From: a virus
Length of the DNA stretch: 23,913 bases
Virus record (IMG/VR): IMGVR_UViG_3300009502_000203
Location: 1-23,913 of that record
Direction: 5' to 3' (one strand)
The first letter of the stretch is position 1. Each line of letters starts with the position of its first letter. Shown one piece after another: positions 1 to 8,516 of the stretch. The notes beneath the pieces were generated by a model that did not search any database, was not told the DNA's origin, and saw nothing but the letters and a program-made list of their open reading frames with translations. Position numbers and translations under genes: made by a program.

Positions 1-624
1 ATCCGTCGAGCCAGAACAGACTGATGAGGGTGCGGTTATTGTGCAGCGGCACTTGGACACAGCAGTCCCACAACTATAGCTCCCCGGCGTGCAGGTATTG
101 GCACTTGATATGAGATTGGACCCGTCGCCGAAATCTACTGTCTGCCCGGGTGTAATCACAACGGTCTTAGAAGGTAGTGACCATGCATTGTGGCAGGGGA
201 CATACAGGGGATCGTTGTTGACCTCAGAGACATGAAGGTACTCTGTAAGAGTATATGTCCCAGCTGGAACCCAATATTCTGTCACATCGGGGCAGATTAC
301 AACATACCCCGATTGTTGAGTGCCACAATCATTGGCCACGATAGCTCCGGGATTGGTCCACGAAGCAGCTACCGTGGAATTAGCGAACGTAACTGCATTA
401 ATGCATACCCCGTGCTCCCAATCGGTAGTTAGGCCACGGCAACTCGAATCCGGCTGGGTGGGGCAGTTATGGAAGTTGGGTTCTGTGTTGTATGGGTGAT
501 CGTTCGAAACCTTTATCCACCCGCCATTGGCTTTCTGCCAGTCTTCATAGGTAGCAGAGGGTTGTGCTGAAGCAGCCGCTATCAGCAGCAAACCAACTAG
601 TATTCCCACAAGGATCAATCTCAT
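1..624 (-). CDS. Secreted Cys-rich extracellular protein, 3' end runs off the window (not in ORF track)
   Basis: Manual translation from ATG 624 is open to position 1: MRLILVGILVGLLLIAAASAQPSATYEDWQKANGGW...CRCTITAPSSVCSGSTD. It has a classic Sec signal peptide (ASA|Q) and many Cys residues. Confidence 0.85.
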   Translation of the reverse strand, partial: MRLILVGILVGLLLIAAASAQPSATYEDWQKANGGWIKVSNDHPYNTEPNFHNCPTQPDSSCRGLTTDWEHGVCINAVTFANSTVAASWTNPGAIVANDCGTQQSGYVVICPDVTEYWVPAGTYTLTEYLHVSEVNNDPLYVPCHNAWSLPSKTVVITPGQTVDFGDGSNLISSANTCTPGSYSCGTAVSKCRCTITAPSSVCSGSTD

Positions 625-1102
625 AGGATCGAATAAGTGATTGACGAATATATGCATATCGAGCTGGACGTTCATGGTCCAACTGGTCAAATTGATTGAT
701 GATTTGGTTAGAAAATCAAGCCTTATATCATAGATCGCTTTGCCTTGCACATACTATATTTGCATGTTGTATATACAGTCCTATACTGCTAAAAAGACCA
801 CTAACAGGGCCAGAATATTATTATATATACCATTCAGACCTCGTAAATACTGATGTTGCGCGGCGGATTCTACATCGCGTTCTCTGTTTATCTGTTGCGG
901 GTTAATCGATAGCGGACAATTGTCGAAATACATTCCATAAAGTATAGAATGGTCAGATAGACAAAGTGATTTAGGTTGTCTGGAAAAGGATGGAGCAAAG
1001 ATGAAATCTTTGCAGGTTATACATACTCCAGAAGCTAAGATGTCCAGTATATCGCGGTTTAGCCCTGACTAACAAAATAGTTACCATGAAATCGCCCTGA
1101 AT

Positions 1103-1127
1103 AAAAAAAGTCAGCGGCTTTAACCGC
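1103..1127 (-). terminator. Candidate terminator of the leftward ArdC operon
   Basis: Minus strand reads GCGG-TTAAAG-CCGC-TGAC-TTTTTTT, a short stem-loop followed by an oligo-T tract downstream of the operon. Confidence 0.45.
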
Positions 1128-1348
1128 GTTCAAGCATCCGTTCTTCCTCACCTGGTTTAAGAACATAGCTAACCGGCACAGAGGCACAACCCGAAAGGCC
1201 CCCTCCAAAGCCCCGGGCGGCCTCATCTCCGCCTCCCACTCAGGGCACGGTAGAAAGCCAAGACCCTCGCCTCCTGGGCATCCTTAGGCCTCGGTTTCTG
1301 CTAATTATATAAAAATAGGTAACCCGCCAAGGCAGTATGGAGGATCCT

Positions 1349-1639
1349 CTAAAACCTCCTCCCGTAGTACTCCTGCCGTTTCCTCTCTGCCTCCCGGAAC
1401 TCGTCCAGAGCTTGCCGGACCTCTGGGGAGAGCTCCGCCTCCGGCCACCTGTCCAGGGCCTCCAGGTTCTTGCGGCTGACCGGTCCGTACCACTTCTGCC
1501 GGTCCCGATCCCATTTGAAGTGCATCCCCTCGAACCCCAGGGCCTTGCACCTCTGCCGGGTCTTGCCGCTAACGATTAGCGTGAGATCCTGGACGGCCAC
1601 AAAAATAACGGGGAAGGTCTTAAGCCGTGGCAGTTGCAC
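1349..1639 (-). CDS. Hypothetical protein, 96 aa
   Basis: GTG start behind a GA-rich RBS, overlapping the ArdC stop. Protein-like sequence (FKWDRDRQKWY, charged helical C-terminus). Confidence 0.7.
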   Translation of the reverse strand: MQLPRLKTFPVIFVAVQDLTLIVSGKTRQRCKALGFEGMHFKWDRDRQKWYGPVSRKNLEALDRWPEAELSPEVRQALDEFREAERKRQEYYGRRF

Positions 1640-2480
1640 GCCCTCTCCCCTCCGGAAGCTTGCCGGTTAAGACGAACTCCACCGCCTCGCGGGCCTGCTT
1701 GCTGGCCTTCAAGACCCATTTAGGATTATTCTGTAGATGCTGGATCCAGGACTGAATATAGGCGGTCGAGTTTTGCAGGGTCTGGGATGTGTCGAGGGCG
1801 GCAATCTGGCAGAAGAAGGCGGCGCCCATCTCGGCGGTGAGCTCCTCCTGGCTCCTCACATCCTTGCCCATGTGGTAGTTGCTGATGCTATCCCGGCAGA
1901 GCCTCCCAGCTCCTCCCGTCCAGTGAGTCAACTCATGATAGGCGGTTGCATAATAAGCCTCACTGCTTTCGAACTGGTCGAGAGTGGGCAGATAAATCTT
2001 ATCGCTATGCGGGCGATAATAGGCCTGCTCTGTGTCGATTTCGATGCAGGGGCCTCTCCGCCTCAATAGCTCCTCGGCGCCCGGGATCTGCTGATTATCC
2101 CTCTCCACAGGGAGCTTTTCCGGCAAGCCTTTGGTCTGGCACCAGTTGAAGACGGTGTAATATTTGAGGAAATGAATGGGCCTAAGAACTACTTGCCCTT
2201 CCTTGTTCGTCTCTTCCTTGACCATACGATCTACAAAGACGATTGGCGAGCCCTTCTCACCGACCCGGATGACTCCTCCCATCTTCTGAGCCTGGCGGAA
2301 GGTGACCCAGTAAGGGCTCTCATAATTCGACTGCAAGAGGAGGGTATTGATTCCCTGATATTCTTTGTTGGTGGCGTAGGATGTCGGGCCGTTGGAGGTC
2401 CAGGGCCGGCGCCAGGGAATTATTCCCTCGTTAAGCTGCTTTAGTATCTGGCCGGTCACGACCTCGAAGACGTCCTTCAT
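1620..2480 (-). CDS. ardC: ArdC-family ssDNA-binding/antirestriction protein (DUF1738 N-domain plus zincin-like HExxH domain)
   Basis: N-terminal G..PWRRPW, YQGIN.LLL, WVTFRQAQKMGG.IR.GEKG and YTVFN motifs; C-terminal YYATAYHELTHWTG, EEL.AEMGAAF and AYIQSW. All are typical of ArdC. Confidence 0.92.
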   Translation of the reverse strand: MKDVFEVVTGQILKQLNEGIIPWRRPWTSNGPTSYATNKEYQGINTLLLQSNYESPYWVTFRQAQKMGGVIRVGEKGSPIVFVDRMVKEETNKEGQVVLRPIHFLKYYTVFNWCQTKGLPEKLPVERDNQQIPGAEELLRRRGPCIEIDTEQAYYRPHSDKIYLPTLDQFESSEAYYATAYHELTHWTGGAGRLCRDSISNYHMGKDVRSQEELTAEMGAAFFCQIAALDTSQTLQNSTAYIQSWIQHLQNNPKWVLKASKQAREAVEFVLTGKLPEGRGRATATA

Positions 2481-2617
2481 ATTGTTTGCCTCCCGGAGTC
2501 GTCATATCCCAGGGTCTGCAACTCTCCCAGGATGAGATAAGATAACGTGGTTGCTATTCTCTCCTGTTCGGAGAGAGAAAGCTTGAGGGCCTCCTCAAGG
2601 ATCTCGGCAGGGCTCAA
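2477..2617 (-). CDS. Small helical protein, 46 aa (MSPAEILEEALKLSLSEQERIATTL...), weak resemblance to addiction-module antidote N-termini
   Basis: TTG 2617 sits 5 nt behind GGAGGTGG and overlaps the upstream stop (TTGA). Its own stop overlaps the ArdC ATG (ATGA). The track start at 2677 is probably too long. Confidence 0.55.
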   Translation of the reverse strand: MSPAEILEEALKLSLSEQERIATTLSYLILGELQTLGYDDSGRQTI

Positions 2618-2772
2618 GGCTTCCACCTCCTGATTATATCCCGGTGCCTGGGGGCTTGGATCCAGGATTTCCACCACAAGTCAAAGGCGACAAGGGCCAC
2701 GGTCACGAAGAGCAGGCCAAAAAGGAGAAGATTGGCGTCTACCGGCCAGGCCGAGGTATCAACTAATTGCAT
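2614..2772 (-). CDS. Small single-pass membrane protein, 52 aa (not in ORF track)
   Basis: ATG 2 nt after the SWIM-gene stop: MQLVDTSAWPVDANLLLFGLLFVTVALVAFDLWWKSWIQAPRHRDIIRRWKP. One hydrophobic helix with a basic tail. Confidence 0.6.
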   Translation of the reverse strand: MQLVDTSAWPVDANLLLFGLLFVTVALVAFDLWWKSWIQAPRHRDIIRRWKP

Positions 2773-2774
2773 TT

Positions 2775-3518
2775 TCAATACCCCAGGCTGAGGCAGTAGC
2801 GGTTCTCTTCCCGCTCAAGGTCCTTGTATTCCTGGCAGTCCCACTGGCTGGCGTCTCCCAGGGCTTTTAGCCGGGCTTGTATCTTTTCCAGCCTGTGGGC
2901 CGATTTGCAAAAATTTTTGTAATCCATGGGCTGGAATTCGCGGACCCGGTGGGCGGCGTGATCGTTCTGCAGGTATTCTTCGTACTCTTTGACCCTCTTG
3001 GAGTCGGCCAGGGCCGGAATGGATTCCGTATTCTTCCGGCCGGCTTTGGACTTTTGAGAAGGAGCCTTCACTTGGCGAACCTCCCGGCAGCTTTCTGAGA
3101 CGTTCCCATCTTCTCGTTGGGCGACGAGTTCCGGGAATGCGGCCTTAAAGTGCCTGCACTTTCCGCGGTAGACAAAGCCCTTGCAGGTGCAACCCTGCGG
3201 AGTGACACGGTAGTAAAACTGGCCTGTAGAGGAGAGCACCAGGACAATTTGCTCGTAAGCTGTCTCCGGCATCTTAACCATATCAGGCTTGGCCACTGTG
3301 GCCCGGACGGTCATGATTTCGACCAAGGCTTGAACGAACCTAACCTCAAACTTTCCTTCGCTTGCAGCGGGCGGAAGAGGCAGCTTTGCCGTTATCCTCT
3401 CGGCTTCGGCCTGGGCACCGGCCGCCATCTGGTCTGCTGCCTGCTTAATCCTCTGCTGCTCGGCAAGCATATCCTCAACCATCCAGCTTGCCGATGTTGC
3501 TTTTGTCTCCGTTGTCAT
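2775..3518 (-). CDS. SWIM zinc-finger domain protein, 247 aa
   Basis: Motif YYRVTPQGCTCKGFVYRGKCRH (CxC...CxH). GGAGG RBS upstream of ATG. Confidence 0.8.
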   Translation of the reverse strand: MTTETKATSASWMVEDMLAEQQRIKQAADQMAAGAQAEAERITAKLPLPPAASEGKFEVRFVQALVEIMTVRATVAKPDMVKMPETAYEQIVLVLSSTGQFYYRVTPQGCTCKGFVYRGKCRHFKAAFPELVAQREDGNVSESCREVRQVKAPSQKSKAGRKNTESIPALADSKRVKEYEEYLQNDHAAHRVREFQPMDYKNFCKSAHRLEKIQARLKALGDASQWDCQEYKDLEREENRYCLSLGY

Positions 3519-3562
3519 TTTTCGAACCTCCCAAAGTTCTTAGTATATACCCTACCTTCGGA

Positions 3563-3614
3563 CTTATAAGAGTTACGCTTACGCCTACTCTTACTATTAC
3601 GCTTACGCTTACAT
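3563..3614 (-). promoter_or_regulatory. Promoter of the leftward operon (TATA CTTATAAG) abutting a 7 x 6-bp TTACGC-type array
   Basis: TATA at 3563-3570. Phased units at 3573-3614: TTACGC TTACGC CTACTC TTACTA TTACGC TTACGC TTACAT. Confidence 0.65.
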
Positions 3615-3878
3615 AAGGCAGAAAACGGGCACTTTTTCGGCCAGGCAGACGGCAAAACAGCGACTCTGCGCGACAAGATCACACAGAAAACGATAGCAAT
3701 AGACACAACTGGCGGAGCGAAAGCGCCCAGCGGCGGCGAGGCAGAATGGCATGCTCGAAGAGGCCCGCCCTCAAAAAAGTTCTTTGGCATTTTTTAACAT
3801 TACTCATTGAATGTCATAGAACAAAATCCAGCCCCAGGGCAGACTCCGCCCGGCCATCTCGCTCGTCCGTCTCCGTCA

Positions 3879-3913
3879 GTAAACCCCCGGAATGTGGGGG
3901 TCCGGGGGTTTAC
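3879..3913. repeat. Perfect 13-bp inverted repeat (hairpin)
   Basis: GTAAACCCCCGGA (3879-3891) / TCCGGGGGTTTAC (3901-3913), 9-nt loop. Confidence 0.9.
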
Positions 3914-3936
3914 GTTAATTCCAACAGCGACGAGCA

Positions 3937-3960
3937 CGGACCCCTACTGGTGGGGGTCCG
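3937..3960. repeat. 8-bp inverted repeat (hairpin) sharing the TGGGGGTCCG motif with the previous hairpin
   Basis: CGGACCCC (3937-3944) / GGGGTCCG (3953-3960), 8-nt loop. Confidence 0.8.
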
Positions 3961-4261
3961 CGCACAGGAGCGTGCTTTCTCTCATGCCCGAATCAACCTA
4001 AAAAGAAGCCGTGACCGGAGATTTCATGCCCCCTGATTACTGGCAGAGGCCCTGTGCCCCCTGAATTGCGGCCGCAAATACTCCCGCCCGGAAACGTCCC
4101 CGAATCCAAGCCTTCCCGGCGTTGAGGGGGCCCCGCCCCTTCCCGCGCGTTTAACCGCGCGCGGCACCCCGTAAGAAGAAGCTCAAGCAGCAGCAGTTAG
4201 GTGGAGAGGCCCAAACTGGCCCTGGAGAGGGCCATCCAGGCCCTTCTCCTAACAGTACCGT

Positions 4262-4323
4262 AAAGATGCAAAAGCCTTAAATGTAAGATACGCTTACGCT
4301 TACGCTTATGCCTACGCCTACAA
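4262..4323 (+). promoter_or_regulatory. Promoter of the small regulator with a 6 x 6-bp TTACGC-type array over the start site
   Basis: AAAGATGCAAAAGCC-TTAAAT (BRE/TATA-like) lies ~25 nt before ATG 4308, suggesting a leaderless transcript. Units at 4288-4323: ATACGC TTACGC TTACGC TTATGC CTACGC CTACAA. Confidence 0.65.
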
Positions 4324-4517
4324 AGAGAGATAAAATCATTGAGCGACTCAATGTGACCGTCCTCGCTACTGCCAAGAATGTCCTGAGCGATTTTCAAGAG
4401 AAGGGAGGCTACGCTTCTCAAGGCGACGCCCTCAACGACCTTCTTTTAGACTACGGAAGGCTCCAGGAGAGAGTAAAGGAGCTAGAGGCTCAGCTGACCG
4501 AAGCGAAGAAGGAGTAA
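4308..4517 (+). CDS. Small putative DNA-binding regulator (RHH/CopG-like N-terminus plus coiled coil), 69 aa
   Basis: Beta-strand-like RLNVTV followed by two helices (AKNVLSDFQEK; SQGDALNDLLLDY) and a heptad tail. A paralogous copy lies at 8.5 kb. Confidence 0.65.
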   Translation: MPTPTKRDKIIERLNVTVLATAKNVLSDFQEKGGYASQGDALNDLLLDYGRLQERVKELEAQLTEAKKE

Positions 4518-4566
4518 TAATTCCATCAGTTAATGCCTTAAAATCGCAAGAAAAACAGATTGTTGG

Positions 4567-4767
4567 ATGCAAATGCCCAAGCAACTTAGCGCTTATGTCC
4601 CCTGCCTCTACTGCCGGAGAGGCCCGAAAGGAGACGATCCGAACCCCTGCTCCGGAGTGCAGCACATCAGGTCCTTGCAGGCCGGCGGCTGCTTCCTGGG
4701 AGAGGTCACGCCGAGAAAAGAGAAGCTTCATGCCAGGTTCATAAAGACCCTGGAGGTGAAAGCCTGA
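4567..4767 (+). CDS. Small Cys-rich hypothetical protein, 66 aa
   Basis: CLYC plus two more Cys. Its 3' end carries a perfect RBS for the next gene. Confidence 0.6.
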   Translation: MQMPKQLSAYVPCLYCRRGPKGDDPNPCSGVQHIRSLQAGGCFLGEVTPRKEKLHARFIKTLEVKA

Positions 4768-5072
4768 AGATCGAGCGCAGGGACGACCCCCAGACCCAGG
4801 AGCATGTGATTACGATTACCCTGACCCGTGAAGAGATGCTGCGGGCAAGCGACGAGATGACCCCGGCCGAAAAGCAGGCCACCTATCTCATGAGCCAGAG
4901 CCCGTTGATCTCCACCCAGCTCTGCTCTCTGTTCGAGATGGCATCCGCCCTTGAGAAAGCTGATGCAAAGACGGAGTACTTCGTCTGGGCGAGGAACCAG
5001 AGCGAGGCCAAAGCACGGCTGGCAGGTCTGCGAAAAGAGCAGGCTACAAGTCAGGGCCTCTCCAGAGGATAA
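4764..5072 (+). CDS. Hypothetical protein, probably 102 aa from a CTG start (GTG 4806 is the alternative)
   Basis: GGAGGTGA (4752-4759) plus a 4-nt spacer precedes CTG 4764, which overlaps the upstream TGA. CTG is in frame with the track ORF, with no intervening stop. Confidence 0.6.
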   Translation: MKIERRDDPQTQEHVITITLTREEMLRASDEMTPAEKQATYLMSQSPLISTQLCSLFEMASALEKADAKTEYFVWARNQSEAKARLAGLRKEQATSQGLSRG

Positions 5073-5292
5073 CAAAATGCAAGATGAAATGGCTAAACAA
5101 TTTAGCGGTTATGCCATTATACTCCAGCTAAAGAGAGTCTAAAGGATACGACTAGGACACAAGCACCAGAACGCATCATATCAGATCTCTTCAGGCTGAG
5201 CGAAGATAGGTGTTAGGACAAGACCCAAGCAGATAGTAGTAGCAATCGCAAAGTTAATATTTAATGAATAAGAATTGTCTAACGATGCATCT

Positions 5293-6624
5293 ATGAGAAG
5301 AGAGATCTTTCTAATCTTGATAATTTTCATAAATATGTGCATGCCGGTACTTGGGCAGATGACCGCAGAACATTGGTTAGACAAGGGTAATGATCTCCTT
5401 TATCAAAGTAAATACAAAGAGGCTCTTGAAGCTTATAACAAATCTATCGAGATCAATTCAGACTTCACGGAAGCTTGGAGCAACAGGGGTATTGCTCTTG
5501 GACACCTATACAGATACAACGAGTCCATTGAATCTTTCAACAAGGCTATTGAACTCAATCCGGATTTCGCGGACGCTTGGAACAACAAAGGCAAGGTTCT
5601 CTCTGACCTGGGCGAATATGATGAAGCCATTCAGGCATTCAATATGGTAATCAAGATCAATCCACCAGAACTACAATTATTAGCGGGGGCTTGGTATAAT
5701 AAAGGCCTTGCTTATTATAACCTGGAAAAGTATGATGCAGCGGTTAGGGCTTACTACATGGCCACCGTTATTTACCCGCGATATGCCGACGCCTGGAACA
5801 ACATAGGCGTTGCTCTTATGGCTCAAGGAAAGGATGATGAAGCCCTCCAAGCTTATAACAAATCTATCGAGATCAACCCGACATATTATGCGTGGTACAA
5901 CATGGGCAATGATCTCCTTAATAAAAGCAAATACATTGAGGCCATCCAAGCTTATAAAAAATCCATCGAAATAAATTCAAAAAATGCATATGCATGGAAT
6001 AATAAAGGTTTAGCACTTCATGATCTGAGAAGAGATGGAGAAGCCCTTCAAGCTTACAACCAATCTATCAAGATCGATCAGAAATTAGAGGCTGCTTGGT
6101 TCAATAAAGGCTTAGCCCTCTATGAAAAGGCGTATTTCAACGAATCGATTCAGGCTTATGACCAGGCAATTAATCTAGATCCAACAGATTCAGAAGCATT
6201 GACCAATAAAGGTGCTTCTTACTATAAGCTTAAGAATTATCCCCAAGCCATTCAGACTCTTAATGATGCTATTAACATAACCCCAAACAATGCATACGCA
6301 TGGTACAACAAAGGTCTAGCTCTGGGGGCACTGGGTGAGTTCGATAGCGCCATCCAAGCCTTTGATCTGGCCATCAAAATCAATTCGAGCTATAAGGATG
6401 CCTGGTACAGCAAAGGAATGGCTCTCAATAACCTAGGCAAGTACGAAGAGGCCAACGAGTCTTTCGGCAAGGCTAACAAAATCTGTACATCAAAGTTGGT
6501 AATTTGCAGCGCTACAAATAATACAAGTCGACAGAATAACACTTCATATATGTCATTAGGTGATGAAGTACCTGCCGTTTTCAATCTAAAAGTGTGTCCC
6601 ACTACTGTGAGTATCCCTGGATAA
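5293..6624 (+). CDS. Secreted tetratricopeptide-repeat (TPR) protein
   Basis: Signal peptide MRREIFLILIIFINMCMPVLG followed by about eleven AW.NKG..L...EAI.AY.KAI.I.P repeats. DNA is visibly AT-richer than the flanks. Confidence 0.93.
   Translation: MRREIFLILIIFINMCMPVLGQMTAEHWLDKGNDLLYQSKYKEALEAYNKSIEINSDFTEAWSNRGIALGHLYRYNESIESFNKAIELNPDFADAWNNKGKVLSDLGEYDEAIQAFNMVIKINPPELQLLAGAWYNKGLAYYNLEKYDAAVRAYYMATVIYPRYADAWNNIGVALMAQGKDDEALQAYNKSIEINPTYYAWYNMGNDLLNKSKYIEAIQAYKKSIEINSKNAYAWNNKGLALHDLRRDGEALQAYNQSIKIDQKLEAAWFNKGLALYEKAYFNESIQAYDQAINLDPTDSEALTNKGASYYKLKNYPQAIQTLNDAINITPNNAYAWYNKGLALGALGEFDSAIQAFDLAIKINSSYKDAWYSKGMALNNLGKYEEANESFGKANKICTSKLVICSATNNTSRQNNTSYMSLGDEVPAVFNLKVCPTTVSIPG
6041..6396 (+). 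repeat. 356-bp direct repeat shared by the two TPR genes (second copy 7781-8136)
   Basis: Manual alignment at offset 1740 gives 18 mismatches in 356 bp (~95%), with no indels. Confidence 0.95.
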
Positions 6625-6630
6625 AAAACG

Positions 6631-8361
6631 ATGATATCAAATATTGACTTGATTGATCCACCTCTCAGCGAAATTGAGACAGAAAAGAACCCAGAGGATA
6701 TCCATATTAGGTTAATATATCAAAAAATTTTTTATGTTTTTAAAATTGTCATAATCTTAATCTCATTAGTTATTATTGGTTTTTTGATTTTAGTTGCAAT
6801 CGTTCCGGAGAACGGAATTATCATACAGCCGTTCGAAGGTAATCAAAAGAATCTTAGTGGAGTATTCACAGCCAATCATCTTAATTTCGAATTACTCGAC
6901 ATAAAAGATACTTATAGTAAGAAAATAGGTGACTCTGCATCTCAGTCTGATTATGGTAATGCACGTATAAGTATACCATCTATTTTAATACAAGCACACT
7001 CTATAGATTACAGCATCACCGGTTTGGGTAATGTTGGCGTTGGAGGAACATCTCTTTCCGTAGGTCAATTAGTTTTATCAATAAAGCAATTTACAGGTCA
7101 TAGTACACCGATCCTCTATGGCTGTATCGAGAGATCTAGATCGAATTTACGCATTATTGGCATTTTAAACGATCCAGGTCTCTCTGGGGGAACTAAGGCT
7201 TGGGAAATATGTAAGAATCTTTCAGAAAGCAGTGATGCTAGCGAAGAAGACATACCTTTGATGATCGAAGACCTTGCATTTCAAATAGCTACTAGCTTAA
7301 TAAATGAAGATAAATACCCTTGGTGGGATATCCTTCATTTCGTCCATTTATCGGAGACAGATTTCGGGAAAAATCCACAAACTTGGGAGGCATTCAAGAA
7401 TTTAACATTAAGCAGAAAAGCCTACATTAGATATACGGCTACTGGCAACATCAATGATCTAAACAGGGCCAGAGAATATGCAAGCATTGCAAATGAATCC
7501 GAACCCGGTTGCTCAGAAACTGCGGTTCTCTTTTCCCTCCTTGGTTCGTCCTATTTGAAGCTGCACGATTACTCAGAGGCAGAACAACTTTTCAAGAATG
7601 CTGTATATTTAAATCCTTCTGATAAAGTCTCCTGGTGTGGGATAGGCTTAGTTCTTCTCGAAAATAAAAATTTTGCAGAATCAATTCAAGCTTTTGACAA
7701 GGCAATAAGGATCGATCCGCGATATGCCGAGGCTTGGAACAACAAGGGCGTTACTCTTATGGCTCAAGGAAAGGATGATGAAGCCCTCCAAGCCTACAAC
7801 CAATCTATCAAGTTCGATCAGAAATTAGAGACGGCTTGGTTCAATAAAGGCTTAGCCCTCTATGATAAAACATATTTCAACGAATCGATTAAAGCTTATG
7901 ACCAGGCAATTAATCTAGATCCAACAGATTCAGACGCATTGACCAATAAAGGTGCTTCTTACTATAAGCTTAAGAATTATCCCCAAGCCATTCAGACTCT
8001 TAATGATGCTATTAACATAACTCCAAACAATGCATACGCATGGTACAACAAAGGTCTAGCTCTGGGGGCACAGGAAGAGTTCGATAGCGCCATCCAAGCC
8101 TTTGATCAGGCCATCAAAATAAATTCGAGCTATAAGAAGGAAGCCTGGTACCATAAAGGGGTGGTTCTCTATAACCAGGACAAGTGCGGAGAGGCCATCG
8201 AGGCTTTCGGTAAGGCCATCATGCTTGATCCCAACTATGCCAAGGAGCTTGAAAAGGACATGGCCGGCCAGGCACAAAGGATACCAATTCCCCCATGCAT
8301 GGCAGCAACTTCCACCTTCTTGAACAAAAGGGACGCGAAGAACGAGAACCTGACCTGCTAG
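6631..8361 (+). CDS. Membrane-anchored TPR protein
   Basis: N-terminal TM helix (VIILISLVIIGFLILVAIV), a non-repeat domain, then C-terminal TPR repeats. Confidence 0.92.
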   Translation: MISNIDLIDPPLSEIETEKNPEDIHIRLIYQKIFYVFKIVIILISLVIIGFLILVAIVPENGIIIQPFEGNQKNLSGVFTANHLNFELLDIKDTYSKKIGDSASQSDYGNARISIPSILIQAHSIDYSITGLGNVGVGGTSLSVGQLVLSIKQFTGHSTPILYGCIERSRSNLRIIGILNDPGLSGGTKAWEICKNLSESSDASEEDIPLMIEDLAFQIATSLINEDKYPWWDILHFVHLSETDFGKNPQTWEAFKNLTLSRKAYIRYTATGNINDLNRAREYASIANESEPGCSETAVLFSLLGSSYLKLHDYSEAEQLFKNAVYLNPSDKVSWCGIGLVLLENKNFAESIQAFDKAIRIDPRYAEAWNNKGVTLMAQGKDDEALQAYNQSIKFDQKLETAWFNKGLALYDKTYFNESIKAYDQAINLDPTDSDALTNKGASYYKLKNYPQAIQTLNDAINITPNNAYAWYNKGLALGAQEEFDSAIQAFDQAIKINSSYKKEAWYHKGVVLYNQDKCGEAIEAFGKAIMLDPNYAKELEKDMAGQAQRIPIPPCMAATSTFLNKRDAKNENLTC

Positions 8362-8516
8362 CCGGAGCGAAAACCAAGCAACGCGCGGAATTCTATAAGA
8401 AGAAGCAACCAAACGCATTTAAGACGAGTGGCTCCCAAACTGCCTTATCCAGGGCTATCTAGGCCCTCATTCTAACAGTTCCATAAAGATGCAAATACTT
8501 AAATTATTAAGATACG

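Noticed and set aside
696-905. 69-aa ORF in the AT-rich intergenic region
   Set aside because: It has no RBS or motif, and it is better read as the upstream region of the secreted gene.
1119-4159. 10-bp direct repeat TTTAACCGCG (1119-1128 and 4150-4159) as an att pair
   Set aside because: It is too short, both copies are explained as parts of hairpins, and no tRNA or integrase is nearby.
3515-4421. Basic minus-strand ORFs 3515-3790 and 4197-4421 with RKRNS/RKRKR tracts
   Set aside because: The Arg/Lys runs are just translations of the TTACGC arrays.
5181-5384. Minus-strand ORF ending IATTICLGLVLTPIFAQPEEI, resembling a signal-peptide remnant
   Set aside because: It overlaps TPR1 antisense and stops immediately, so there is too little to call a pseudogene.
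6041-8136. Diversity-generating retroelement (TR/VR pair) suggested by A-skewed mismatches between the TPR copies
   Set aside because: Only 11 of 18 mismatches are at A in the candidate template, whereas DGRs are almost exclusively A. Both copies are in-frame coding, and there is no reverse transcriptase in the window.
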